Below, in pieces: positions 20,208 through 29,099 of a stretch of DNA of 64,000 nt (positions within the stretch are counted from its first letter, which is position 1; every line of letters starts with the position of its first letter). A model generated the notes under the pieces. It was not told the origin of the DNA, searched no databases, and worked only from the letters and a program-made list of their open reading frames with translations. A program made the position numbers and the translations under genes. Origin of the DNA: a phage; the sequence record PZ445432.1. One strand, written 5' to 3'.

Positions 20208-20246
20208 AAATTCATTTGCTAAACGCTTCAAATTCTAGTATAATAT
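20205..20246 (+). promoter_or_regulatory. conserved early sigma70 promoter
   Basis: aaaaattcatttgctaaacg...tagtataat. Confidence 0.55.
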
Positions 20247-20282
20247 ACTTCATAAATTGATAAACAAAAAGGAAAATAAATA

Positions 20283-20798
20283 ATGGCTAAGCAGAAAAAC
20301 GCAAAAACTCAAGCAGCAACTACAGTTAAAACTTTCCCTCAGACTGAGGCTAACCGCAAAGCTCGTCTGGAACGCCACCTGCGCAAGCATCCTACTGATG
20401 CTCAAGCTGCACAGGCACTGAATCGTCCGGCTCCGATTCGTCAAAAGCCGAAGGCTAAGAATGCTACTCGTTCTGTAACCCGCCTTGTGACCTATGTACA
20501 GGGTTATGGCCACAAATCTGTTCCAGTAACACTGAGTTTCAATGCTGGAGCTGAATTGTTCCCTCGTAATGGCATGGCCATGAAAGATTACGAGAAAGCA
20601 GTTAACCAGAAACGCAAGCCAACGGCAGATGTGCTTCGTGACACTCATGGACAGTTTGGCTCTGTTAAGCCAAATATCTTTGGCGTAGAGTATAGTAAAG
20701 ATAGTGTTCGTGCTCTGTGTTACGGTGTAGGCATTAAGTTCACTGGTGATTCTGCTCGTAAATCTGCTAAACCAGCTCGTAAACGTAAAGCGAAGTAA
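20283..20798 (+). CDS. hypothetical basic protein
   Basis: good RBS; plus strand consistent with operon; antisense ORF 20250-20825 rejected. Confidence 0.55.
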   Translation: MAKQKNAKTQAATTVKTFPQTEANRKARLERHLRKHPTDAQAAQALNRPAPIRQKPKAKNATRSVTRLVTYVQGYGHKSVPVTLSFNAGAELFPRNGMAMKDYEKAVNQKRKPTADVLRDTHGQFGSVKPNIFGVEYSKDSVRALCYGVGIKFTGDSARKSAKPARKRKAK

Positions 20799-20806
20799 TA
20801 GATAGG

Positions 20807-20830
20807 AGGGGCGAAAGCCCCTCATATTTT
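20807..20830 (+). terminator. hairpin terminator/attenuator
   Basis: aggggcgaaagcccct followed by catatttt. Confidence 0.45.
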
Positions 20831-20839
20831 GGAGAAACT

Positions 20840-21076
20840 ATGCGTAATTTTGTAGTAAAGAATGATTTTAACCGTGCTAGCACCCATAAGTCCGCTAGAG
20901 ATTATACACGACTTTCTAGTCATGAGGTAATGGATACCTGTTATGAAGAGCTGGAAGATAACTGGAATGAATGGCCAGACTTTTCTATGGAAGAAAACTG
21001 GGATGTTAGTGAAGATATGCTTCCTGGTTTTAAAGACCCCAAGAAGTGGGAGTCTATTAAAGAGACAGCTCTTTAA
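20840..21076 (+). CDS. hypothetical acidic protein
   Basis: ORF from track with GGAG RBS. Confidence 0.5.
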   Translation: MRNFVVKNDFNRASTHKSARDYTRLSSHEVMDTCYEELEDNWNEWPDFSMEENWDVSEDMLPGFKDPKKWESIKETAL

Positions 21077-21104
21077 TAGTTTTCTACACAATAAAGGATA
21101 AGTT

Positions 21105-21806
21105 ATGAAAGTAAAACCATTTGGTATGCTAGATATTGAATCTCTAGGAACTCCGGGGGATTGTGGTACTACTCATATCGCAATGCCTTCTTTCGCTTTT
21201 GTGGCTATGCATGGGATTGATAAAGACCCTGACTTAGTATTTGCTACTTTGGATGTGCAGGATCAGCTTAATTCTGGTGCCAAAGTTACAGCATCTACTC
21301 TAGCATTCTGGATGGATCAAGCTAAAAATAGCCCGTCTGCTATTCACATTATGGAAGCTATGAAGGAACGTAATCCAAAACTGATTGCCTTCCAAAATGG
21401 TAAACATCATTGCACTACTAAATTAGGCTCAAACTATGCTGCCTTCTCTATGGCTCAAAATATTATGGAGTTGGCTCTAGGCGAAAATGCTTTGTATTAT
21501 GGCAATGGCCCAGAGTTTGATATGACTATCTACTCTGCAAACACGTTCCATGCTGGAACCAATGAAGAGGTAGTTCCGTGGAAATTCTGGAATTTAGGCA
21601 ATGTTCGATCTCTTCGTAATCTCTGGATGCAAGCGGGTTATAGTTACAAAGATCTAGAGGCTGAAGGTATTAGCTGGGCAAAAGCTAAAATGGAGAAGAT
21701 GGACACCATTCGTTATGGGATCTATCCGGTTAAGCACGACCCAGCATTCGATGCCCTAGTTGAGGGCTATTGTGTTGCAGCTATGATCGAAAAAATGAAA
21801 ATTTGA
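21105..21806 (+). CDS. hypothetical protein (possible DEDD-type exonuclease, weak)
   Basis: N-terminal LDIESLG resembles exonuclease motif I; weak. Confidence 0.45.
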   Translation: MKVKPFGMLDIESLGTPGDCGTTHIAMPSFAFVAMHGIDKDPDLVFATLDVQDQLNSGAKVTASTLAFWMDQAKNSPSAIHIMEAMKERNPKLIAFQNGKHHCTTKLGSNYAAFSMAQNIMELALGENALYYGNGPEFDMTIYSANTFHAGTNEEVVPWKFWNLGNVRSLRNLWMQAGYSYKDLEAEGISWAKAKMEKMDTIRYGIYPVKHDPAFDALVEGYCVAAMIEKMKI

Positions 21807-21840
21807 TTTGCTTCCGGCTCCAAAATTCTGTATAATATAT
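21798..21840 (+). promoter_or_regulatory. conserved early sigma70 promoter
   Basis: atttgatttgcttccgg...ctgtataat. Confidence 0.55.
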
Positions 21841-21877
21841 TTATAAATTTGAGAAAACAATAAAAGGAAAAACAAAT

Positions 21878-22060
21878 ATGCCAGTATCTAAAAATGTTCG
21901 TAAAAATGGTAAGAAAGCTACTCGTAATCTGGGTATCCGTCGTATGGCCGAACGTCAATCAGGTGTCCAGAAAATCTTTGATCTGTTAAATCGTGCTAAT
22001 CCTAAAATTGATAACAGTAATGATACTGTTCTGCGCACTCTGCTGGCAATTGGTCTGTAA
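21878..22060 (+). CDS. hypothetical basic protein
   Basis: ORF from track. Confidence 0.45.
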   Translation: MPVSKNVRKNGKKATRNLGIRRMAERQSGVQKIFDLLNRANPKIDNSNDTVLRTLLAIGL

Positions 22061-22113
22061 TAGATCAAATTTAAACAAATTCAAATCTCAAACTTCATAT
22101 AAGGAAGCAAATA

Positions 22114-22752
22114 ATGACTACTCGTATTTCTAAAACTCGCGCTCTGGCAACTATCAAATCTCTGGAAGCTAAAATCCGTAAAGCTGCTGAACAGCAGGTT
22201 CTGATCGCTGTTGGTGAAGGTAAGGATAAAAATAAGGTTGTAGTTGGCGCTGCAATCGAAGTAGACGATCTGTCCGCCCGTATTAAGGCAGATTTCCAAT
22301 CTCTCCTGGATATGATGTCCCAGCGTGATCGTATCAAAGCTGCTCTGATTAAGAGCAATGCGGAAACAATCGTTGAGATTGGCTCTCGTAAGATGACTGT
22401 TGCGGAAGCAATTGAAGCTAAGCGTTCTATGGAACTTAAAGCCCAACTGCTGGCTAACATGCGTAAGCAGTTCCAAGCCGCTACGGCTAAGTTTAATACG
22501 CAGAAAGCACAGTTTGATGCTAAATATGAGCGTTTGCAGGATAGCATGGCTACCCGCGATAAGAAAACTTCCGAAGATGAAGTTAAAATGCAGCTCAACC
22601 TGCTGGAACTCAAGAATACTCCATTCTTGATTGATCCGCTGGAACTGGAGAAGCTGATTAAGCAGCATGACGAGGAATACCAGGACTTTGCAACAAATGT
22701 TGACTTTGTTCTGTCCGAGTCTAACGCCTCTACCTTCATTGAAGTAGAGTAA
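22114..22752 (+). CDS. hypothetical coiled-coil protein
   Basis: AAGGAAG RBS before the ATG; antisense ORFs rejected. Confidence 0.55.
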   Translation: MTTRISKTRALATIKSLEAKIRKAAEQQVLIAVGEGKDKNKVVVGAAIEVDDLSARIKADFQSLLDMMSQRDRIKAALIKSNAETIVEIGSRKMTVAEAIEAKRSMELKAQLLANMRKQFQAATAKFNTQKAQFDAKYERLQDSMATRDKKTSEDEVKMQLNLLELKNTPFLIDPLELEKLIKQHDEEYQDFATNVDFVLSESNASTFIEVE

Positions 22753-23124
22753 TAATTTAAAAGCTAGTAAATCGGTAGACGAAAGCCCAAGCATCTTACC
22801 TCGCAGCAGCGGTTGAAATACGAGGTTAAATAAGACCGCTGACCATACTATAAAGTATAATCTATTGGAGATTATGTTTATTACATCAGACATTTAATCT
22901 GACACGTAAAAACAAAGCGTCGTTGATATTACCGACACAACTTCAAAGATCAACATTTAAGTATGAAAGCTGAAAAGTTTAAAGAACTCAAACTTCTAAA
23001 CTTCTAAAGCTAAAAGATGCAAAGTATTCGTTGATGATTCAAACCCTAGATCAAAGGTACATGGCTCATAAGATATGGCCTGTGGCGCCTCTAGGCTGTT
23101 TATCGGTTTACTAGTTTCACAATT

Positions 23125-23166
23125 TAAAAATGTATTTGCTAATTTATTAAGTTATCTGTATAATAT
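23125..23166 (+). promoter_or_regulatory. conserved early sigma70 promoter
   Basis: aaaaatgtatttgctaattt...ctgtataat. Confidence 0.55.
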
Positions 23167-23194
23167 ATTTTTAAATTGATGAAACGAGGCTATT

Positions 23195-24016
23195 ATGGGT
23201 AAATTACAAAAACAAATACTACCATATATAGATTATATCCGAGAAATTATAGAGTATAATCCCTATACTGGTAAATTATTCTATAAGCCTAATAAATATA
23301 AGAATAAAACTTGGCATACTTTATATGCTGGGAGAGAAATATGTAGTAAGAACTCTGATGGGTACATCAGAGTTAGTTTGCTCTTAGATAATAAACCCAC
23401 AATTATTTATGGACACCGAATAGCGTGGCTCCTTCACTATGGGGAGGAACCACCTGCTATGATTGATCATATAAATACTATACCGTGGGATAATAGAATT
23501 ATTAACCTAAGAGAGACAAATTTTAAGTTAAACAGACTTAATACTAACAAAACGGTAGGTGTAGAGCTGCTGCCAGAAGGATTTGTGTACAGCATTACAT
23601 TAGGTGAAAAGTTTTTTGTATCCCCCGGCTTCCCCACTTTCGAACAAGCTAAAGTGGAAAGAGAAAAACTAGTAAATGGTTTATGTAATGCAGAAATTGG
23701 GAAGCAGACCAATATTCTAATAGACGATGTTAGAGATTTACCTGAAATGTCCATTATTTGTCGTACAGTTATAGGTGCGCTGGAACTATCAGATGTGTTT
23801 AGTTTCACAGGATCCTATTTATTTATGGACTCAGATTTAGGAGATTCAGAGGTACAAGGAAAAGATTTATTAGATCATATACTATTATTAGGTCAAAGAC
23901 CCCTAAAAGTGATTCTAGTAACATCTAATCCTGTTGACGCAGAGTACATGAGAGGTACTCTTACGTCTTATGGATACCGAGAAAATCCCAATAGATTAGA
24001 ATATGATCTATTTTAA
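23195..24016 (+). CDS. HNH homing endonuclease-like protein
   Basis: IDHINTIPWDNRIINLRE HNH signature; N-terminus paralogous to the other HNH ORFs. Confidence 0.65.
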   Translation: MGKLQKQILPYIDYIREIIEYNPYTGKLFYKPNKYKNKTWHTLYAGREICSKNSDGYIRVSLLLDNKPTIIYGHRIAWLLHYGEEPPAMIDHINTIPWDNRIINLRETNFKLNRLNTNKTVGVELLPEGFVYSITLGEKFFVSPGFPTFEQAKVEREKLVNGLCNAEIGKQTNILIDDVRDLPEMSIICRTVIGALELSDVFSFTGSYLFMDSDLGDSEVQGKDLLDHILLLGQRPLKVILVTSNPVDAEYMRGTLTSYGYRENPNRLEYDLF

Positions 24017-24028
24017 GGAGTAAAAAGA

Positions 24029-24478
24029 ATGAAGGCAGCTTTGCTTTTAGTAGCTGCCCTTACCTTCAGCTTCAATAGTCATGCGACCTACGACTCAAAG
24101 CAGATTGATTGCATTGCAAAAAATATCTACTTCGAAGCACGAGGTGAGGGCATAAAGGGAATGACGGCGATTGCACACGTTACTAAAAACCGTGTTAACT
24201 CTGGTACTTTTCCTGATTCTTACTGTAAAGTAGTATATCAGTCTAACCAGTTCTCTTGGGTATCTAAGAGACCAAAAGTTGATAAAACTGATGAGGCTTG
24301 GAAAACCGCCAAGAATTTAGCTAGAGTGATATACTACGTTGATTCACCACAAGATCCTACACATGGAGCGTTATACTTCCATAGTGGTAAAGATAAACCG
24401 CGCTGGACAAAGAAGTTTAAGAAAACAACTAAGATTGAGGGACATACATTTTATAAGCCTGTTGTCACTAAAACTTAA
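24029..24478 (+). CDS. secreted SleB/CwlJ-type cell-wall hydrolase
   Basis: signal peptide plus NIYFEARGE motif typical of the Hydrolase_2 family. Confidence 0.65.
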   Translation: MKAALLLVAALTFSFNSHATYDSKQIDCIAKNIYFEARGEGIKGMTAIAHVTKNRVNSGTFPDSYCKVVYQSNQFSWVSKRPKVDKTDEAWKTAKNLARVIYYVDSPQDPTHGALYFHSGKDKPRWTKKFKKTTKIEGHTFYKPVVTKT

Positions 24479-24517
24479 AAATTTATTTGCTTAAATACTT
24501 AAACTTCTGTATAATAC
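24478..24517 (+). promoter_or_regulatory. conserved early sigma70 promoter
   Basis: aaaatttatttgcttaaat...ctgtataat. Confidence 0.55.
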
Positions 24518-24546
24518 TTTCATAAATTAATGAGAGGAAGCGAAAT

Positions 24547-24717
24547 ATGAAAAACTTGATCGTCATTGGTGTTAACACTCGCGGTATTCGTACTACGAAA
24601 ACTGTTAAAACTTCTAACGTTGCTGAGATCACTACGAACCCTAAAAAGTTTGATTTCGCCAAAGTCTCAGCAGTTATGACAGAACAATCTTTTAACCAAG
24701 CGTTAGGAATGAAATAA
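24547..24717 (+). CDS. small hypothetical protein (56 aa)
   Basis: hand-translated MKNLIVIGVNTRGIRTTKTV...; stop overlaps next start (TAATG); absent from the >=60 aa track. Confidence 0.35.
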   Translation: MKNLIVIGVNTRGIRTTKTVKTSNVAEITTNPKKFDFAKVSAVMTEQSFNQALGMK

Positions 24718-25160
24718 TGGGAGAGAATATTTTAGATGTTTTGCGTAGAGCTTTGCAGGATTCTAAGTTTAATGGTTCTGATAAAGAAGTCGCTAAAAGC
24801 TATCAGACCATAATCGGGGATCTTCAGCGTATTGATAAAGATTTCATCACTTCTGAACAATTTGTGTCTTATCTCAAAGCTCAACTAAAAAGCATTAACC
24901 AGATGAAAGCTAAACTTCATGGTCAAGATCTTGATAGTTATAGCTTGCAGTCCGCTCAGTATGAATACATTCTAAATAAGTGGTTGCAGGAGTATCTGCC
25001 TCCTCAGTTATCTGATACTGAGATTCGTAAATACTTTGCAGAATTAGTTAAGCTAAACCCTGGAATTACAAAAGGTATGCTGATGAAAGCGATTAAGGAA
25101 GAATTTCCTGGGCGTTATGATGGTGGTACTGCTGCTCAGATTGCTGGCGAATTTAATTAA
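24717..25160 (+). CDS. hypothetical protein
   Basis: ORF from track. Confidence 0.5.
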   Translation: MGENILDVLRRALQDSKFNGSDKEVAKSYQTIIGDLQRIDKDFITSEQFVSYLKAQLKSINQMKAKLHGQDLDSYSLQSAQYEYILNKWLQEYLPPQLSDTEIRKYFAELVKLNPGITKGMLMKAIKEEFPGRYDGGTAAQIAGEFN

Positions 25161-25200
25161 AAATTTATTTGCTAAATGCCTATAAATTCTGTATAATATA
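25160..25200 (+). promoter_or_regulatory. conserved early sigma70 promoter driving an ORF-free region
   Basis: aaaatttatttgctaaatgcctataaattctgtataat. Confidence 0.55.
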
Positions 25201-25201
25201 T

Positions 25202-25993
25202 TAATAAATTAGAGAACAGCGGGCCGATTACGCTGAGTGCAGAATCCAAACCGGAGTGCATTGAATAGAGTCGGTGGGTTAGTTGTAAAACTAGTACACA
25301 GTGGGCGGCAATCCCGGTTAGTGGCTAGAACGTGTAAAATGGGGCGTCTGAAACCTCTCCCCTAAACTCTTCTCTAGTTTATAAATAGTGGGGTGTGGAA
25401 ATCACTTATGTAGTAACACTGCCGATCTAGTATAAACGGTATTATCAAGCCGTAACTGGTGGAAGATGTAGGTTCGAATCCTACGATCGGTAAGAACTGG
25501 ATAACTGGTGCTTTTAACGTAAAAGCTTCCGAGGTTAGTTGCGCACTGCCTAAACCACGCGGTAGTTGGTTCCAGACTAACCAACCAGTCTGCTGAATAG
25601 TTTTATTACGATTTAACTATGTCCAGGCTAAAGAAGAACTTTAGAAGGTATTCTAGGTGGTGAAGTTTTTCCTCCATATCGGAGTAGTTTTTCAAGCTAC
25701 CAACAAAGTGGGAAATGCTGACATGAGAGATGTCACTAATGGTGCACAATAGCACAGGTAATTCGCGATAACTCCTGTTGAGTAGCAGCAAAAGGCGGGA
25801 AGTCATGACCCCAAGCCTAACCGAGTCCTCAATATACCGCAGGACATAACCACTAAGTCACCCTGACTTAAACTGGAAAATAATAGACGTTACTGTATTT
25901 TGTCTTGAAATACTTAATGAGTGAGACTTATGACTCTCCCGGTATCGTCTGTATTTTTAAGAGTTTTTACGAGAGTTCTTAAAAATACTTAAA
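25202..25993 (+). ncRNA. candidate non-coding RNA region (ORF-free, promoter-driven)
   Basis: ~800 nt downstream of a consensus promoter with no plausible plus-strand ORF; contains hairpins and one tRNA-like element. Confidence 0.3.
25421..25492 (+). other. tRNA-like element (canonical T-arm and acceptor pairing, other arms unresolved)
   Basis: gtaggttcgaatcctac T-arm; gccgatc/gatcggt acceptor; D and anticodon arms did not fold canonically by hand. Confidence 0.35.
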
Positions 25994-26068
25994 CGGGGTG
26001 TAGTCTAAGGGAGAGGCAGGAGTCTTCTAAATTCCTTTATGCAGGTTCGAATCCTGTCACCTCGGCCA
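25994..26068 (+). tRNA. tRNA-Arg (anticodon UCU)
   Basis: hand-folded cloverleaf: acceptor cggggtg/cacctcg, D stem gtct/aggc, anticodon loop cTTCTaa, T-arm gcaggttcgaatcctgt, encoded CCA. Confidence 0.8.
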
Positions 26069-26102
26069 ATTTTATTAACTGTAACTAAAACAAAGGAAAT
26101 AT

Positions 26103-27050
26103 ATGTTTAATACTAAAAATATGAAAGAACTGACTTCTGAGCAAAAAGTAATTCGCACTATTAAACGTTGGGGTATTGGTTCTGTAGTTGGTTTAGCAGG
26201 TTTAATCCTAGCTTTTAATTCATATACTATTGTTTCTGATGGTACAGTTAAAACCCAAACATTTCTGGGTAAAGTAGATCCTAACCCAGTATTACCTGGT
26301 TTCCATCTTGTAAACCCATTTGCATCTTTCGATACTTTTAGTACAAAAGATATTGCTGTAAAATTAGATAAACTTCAGGTTCCTAGCCAGGATAAGTTTA
26401 AATCCACTGTTGACCTGACTGTTATGTTGCAGTTTGATGGTTCTAAGGCACCGATCAACCGTATTAATGCAGGTACTCAGGATCAGGCGTTAGACAAATA
26501 TGTTACTGAAAAATTACTGTCTACCATCCGTGAGTTTGGTAAGTCTGTACCTAAAGCACAAGATTTGTTTGATGCTAAAATTCAAGCACAATTACAAACT
26601 GCAATTCAACAGGAAGTTGAAGAGTATGCACGCCCTTATGGTTACACAGTTAAGCAAGTGTTCCTTCAGGATATTACATTGCCACCGGTAATTATGGAAC
26701 AGGTACAGAATACCAAAGTTCGTGAAGAACAAGTTAATGCTGCGAAAGCTGAATTGGCTCGTGTTGAACAAGAAGCACAGCAGAAGGTTAAACAAGCAGA
26801 AGCAGATCGTGAAGCTCGTAACAACCAAGCTATTGCAAACGAACGTGATGCAGATGCTAAACTGTATGCAGCTAAGAAAGAAGCCGAAGCTAACGCCGCT
26901 CTGCAACGTACTATTACTCCTGAGATGATTCGCTGGAAACAACTAGAAGTTGAAATGACTCGTGCTCAGAAGTATCAAGGTGGTGTGCCTCAGACTGTAG
27001 TAGGTACTGGTTACGATGGTCAAATGATCATGGATATGCGTAACAAGTAA
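26103..27050 (+). CDS. SPFH (band-7 / HflK/C-like) domain membrane protein
   Basis: N-terminal TM segment, SPFH-like core, C-terminal coiled-coil QEAQQKVKQAEADREARN. Confidence 0.65.
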   Translation: MFNTKNMKELTSEQKVIRTIKRWGIGSVVGLAGLILAFNSYTIVSDGTVKTQTFLGKVDPNPVLPGFHLVNPFASFDTFSTKDIAVKLDKLQVPSQDKFKSTVDLTVMLQFDGSKAPINRINAGTQDQALDKYVTEKLLSTIREFGKSVPKAQDLFDAKIQAQLQTAIQQEVEEYARPYGYTVKQVFLQDITLPPVIMEQVQNTKVREEQVNAAKAELARVEQEAQQKVKQAEADREARNNQAIANERDADAKLYAAKKEAEANAALQRTITPEMIRWKQLEVEMTRAQKYQGGVPQTVVGTGYDGQMIMDMRNK

Positions 27051-27073
27051 TAGTTACACGTAATCTTCGAAGT

Positions 27074-27114
27074 AAGCCCTGTGTTCCCTGGAGAGCGCAG
27101 GGCTTTTCTGTTTT
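27074..27114 (+). terminator. rho-independent terminator
   Basis: aagccctg...cagggctt hairpin followed by ttctgtttt. Confidence 0.65.
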
Positions 27115-27264
27115 AAGGTAGAGGATAAGTGTGTCTCTTTGGTCACTCAGCTATGACAAATACTTTACACTATATCACATTGAAAATCAAGTGGGGATAA
27201 CAATTTTGGGGTCTATCCACTTACCTGCTACCCTTAAGCATCCTGTTATTTTCCTCTAAAAAGT

Positions 27265-27308
27265 TAAAAAATTCAATTGCTTGAATGCTAAATTCTCTGT
27301 ATAATATA
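27265..27308 (+). promoter_or_regulatory. conserved early sigma70 promoter
   Basis: aaaaaattcaattgcttgaatg...ctgtataat. Confidence 0.55.
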
Positions 27309-27337
27309 CTTATAAATTTGAGAGAGAGGAATCTAGT

Positions 27338-27856
27338 ATGACTGTTGATGAACTAACAGAACATCTCTTATCTAGAGGGTTTGATACAGATAAGTATCAT
27401 TGCTGGTTAAGTCCGGAAGGATGGCTAACAGTCCCGTTGTATGACTTCTCTGGGATGTTGAGAGGCTATCAGACTTATAATCCTTCTGCTCCAAAAGGTC
27501 ATGGTAAGTGCCCCTTTGAAGCTAAATATTTTACTTATTCAACTACACAGTGTGTATGGGGATTAGAAACTCTCAATGGAGATGAAAAAGTAGTATTGAT
27601 TGCTGAATCTGTATTTAAGGCAGTTGCGTTACATAACGCTGGTTATCCAGCCCTGGCAATGTTGGGTTCTTCCCCCGGAAAAGCATTGTTAAAGCAATTG
27701 AAATTATTACCTTTTAAATTGGTAGCTGTCGGAGATAATGATCCTGCGGGTGAAAAATTTGCTAGAAAATTAAACGGCTTTGTTTCTCCTGTAGATGTAG
27801 ATGAGATGTCTACCGAAAACTTGAAAAATTTTCTTGCTATGAAGCTAAATTTCTAA
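27338..27856 (+). CDS. hypothetical protein
   Basis: ORF from track. Confidence 0.5.
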   Translation: MTVDELTEHLLSRGFDTDKYHCWLSPEGWLTVPLYDFSGMLRGYQTYNPSAPKGHGKCPFEAKYFTYSTTQCVWGLETLNGDEKVVLIAESVFKAVALHNAGYPALAMLGSSPGKALLKQLKLLPFKLVAVGDNDPAGEKFARKLNGFVSPVDVDEMSTENLKNFLAMKLNF

Positions 27857-27864
27857 TATAATAT
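27830..27864 (+). promoter_or_regulatory. sigma70 promoter for the tRNA cluster
   Basis: ttgcta, 17-bp spacer, tataat, embedded in the 3' end of the preceding ORF. Confidence 0.45.
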
Positions 27865-27876
27865 ATTTATAAATTC

Positions 27877-27965
27877 GGAAGAATAGCATAACGGTATTGC
27901 AGCAGATTGCTAATCTGTCGGTTTGAAATATAGCCTTGTGGGTTCGATTCCCACTTCTTCCGCCA
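27877..27965 (+). tRNA. tRNA-Ser (anticodon GCU), type II
   Basis: acceptor ggaagaa/ttcttcc, anticodon arm gcaga-ttGCTaa-tctgt, long variable arm, T-arm gtgggttcgattcccac, CCA. Confidence 0.8.
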
Positions 27966-27971
27966 AATTCT

Positions 27972-28049
27972 GGTTCTCAAGCTCATATGGTATGAGCACC
28001 CAGCTCATAACTGGAAGGTACGTAGGTTCGAATCCTCGGGGAGCCACCA
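27972..28049 (+). tRNA. tRNA with CAU anticodon (Met or Ile2)
   Basis: anticodon loop ctCATaa; D stem gctc/gagc; acceptor ggttctc/gggagcc with G-U pairs; T stem imperfect; CCA. Confidence 0.6.
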
Positions 28050-28068
28050 AATTAAATAAGGACAACTA

Positions 28069-28257
28069 ATGGAATTATTCATAGTTTCTGTTAAATTTGC
28101 ACAAGATAGAGAACGTTCGGATGAGTTTAAACAAGGGTACAGACTAGTAAAGGCTACATCTGAACTCCATGCTATGGACAAAGTAGTAGACTATATGTAT
28201 AATGTAGAAGATGTTTACTACGTCAATGCTTTAGAAGCCTCAAAAGTAATTGACTAA
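28069..28257 (+). CDS. hypothetical protein
   Basis: ORF from track. Confidence 0.45.
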   Translation: MELFIVSVKFAQDRERSDEFKQGYRLVKATSELHAMDKVVDYMYNVEDVYYVNALEASKVID

Positions 28258-28266
28258 GGAGACTAT

Positions 28267-28452
28267 ATGTCTAAGTTTCAAGAACTCAAGCAAGAGCTAG
28301 AAGAATGTGCCTGCCCTGAGTGTAGAGGAATTGGTGAAAGTTCTGATGCAGAAGCAGTGGATACTTTTTGCAATATCTGGGTTTGCCCAAATTGCAAGGG
28401 TACAGGTATTAATCCTAACTGTGGTATTTCTCTAGATATTGAAAGAGGATAA
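28267..28452 (+). CDS. small Cys-rich zinc-ribbon-like protein
   Basis: CACPEC...CNIWVCPNC paired Cys motifs. Confidence 0.45.
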   Translation: MSKFQELKQELEECACPECRGIGESSDAEAVDTFCNIWVCPNCKGTGINPNCGISLDIERG

Positions 28453-28552
28453 TACCTGTGAAACTAAAAGATTATTATATTGGTTGGTTTGTGGGACTAG
28501 TAGTAGGATTTTCACTAGGCTATAATATGTATCAACTAATAAACTGATTACA

Positions 28553-28627
28553 TGGGGGTGTAATCGAATTGGCATAGGTACTGTACTTAAAATTCAGGTT
28601 TTGTGGGTTCGAATCCCAGCGAGGCGT
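28553..28627 (+). other. tRNA-like element (unresolved fold)
   Basis: gtgggttcgaatcccag T-arm; no canonical acceptor partner found by hand. Confidence 0.3.
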
Positions 28628-28675
28628 AACTGCCTGGTGTGATAGAGGCATCATTCCACTAATATTGGAAAACTA

Positions 28676-28906
28676 ATGAAACGAAAATTAAAAAAATCTT
28701 ATATAATTAAGATAAATAAGCTAAGAAGTAGGGCAAAAGGATGGCCACTTCGGATATTAATTGCGGATAACCATATTAGATACCATGCGGAACAACGTCA
28801 TTATAAACAGTGGGAGTCATACTGCCGCTCAAAAGCAGGTCGTTTAGATGGATCTTATGAGTTTCTATTTGGTAAGAAGCCTACTAGAGTAGCTTTAGGT
28901 AATTAA
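28676..28906 (+). CDS. hypothetical basic protein
   Basis: ORF from track. Confidence 0.4.
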   Translation: MKRKLKKSYIIKINKLRSRAKGWPLRILIADNHIRYHAEQRHYKQWESYCRSKAGRLDGSYEFLFGKKPTRVALGN

Positions 28907-28992
28907 TACTTGGAAGAGCAAATCGAATTGGCGACGAAAACCGCTTGGAAAGTGGCTGACCGGTAAAACGGCTTGAGAGTTCAAATCTCTCC
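28902..28992 (+). tRNA. tRNA-Ser (anticodon GGA), type II
   Basis: acceptor ggaagag/ctcttcc, anticodon loop ttGGAaa, long variable arm, T-arm gagagttcaaatctctc, CCA. Confidence 0.8.
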
Positions 28993-29004
28993 TCTTCCGC
29001 CAAA

Positions 29005-29099
29005 CAATTTATATGGTAGGTCAATCCAACGGCTGGCGCTGGACTCCGACTTGAAATCGGTTGATCGTAGTGATACGGTGTAAGGGTTCGATCCCCTTA
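29005..29099 (+). tRNA. tRNA-Ser (anticodon UGA), type II
   Basis: acceptor ggtaggt/acctacc, anticodon loop cTTGAaa, long variable arm, T-arm aagggttcgatcccctt, CCA. Confidence 0.75.

Noticed and set aside
20250-20825. 191-aa minus-strand ORF antisense to the 20283-20798 gene
   Set aside because: The plus-strand gene has a promoter, an RBS and operon context; the antisense ORF has none and is probably a frame artefact.
22081-22893. Two long minus-strand ORFs (270 and 214 aa) antisense to the 22114-22752 gene
   Set aside because: Low-complexity Ser/Leu-rich translation with no RBS; the plus-strand ORF has an AAGGAAG RBS and a promoter.
25402-25806. Minus-strand ORFs 25402-25584 and 25606-25806 in the tRNA region
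   Set aside because: They overlap a tRNA-like element and hairpins, have no promoter or RBS, and lie in a region transcribed from the plus strand.
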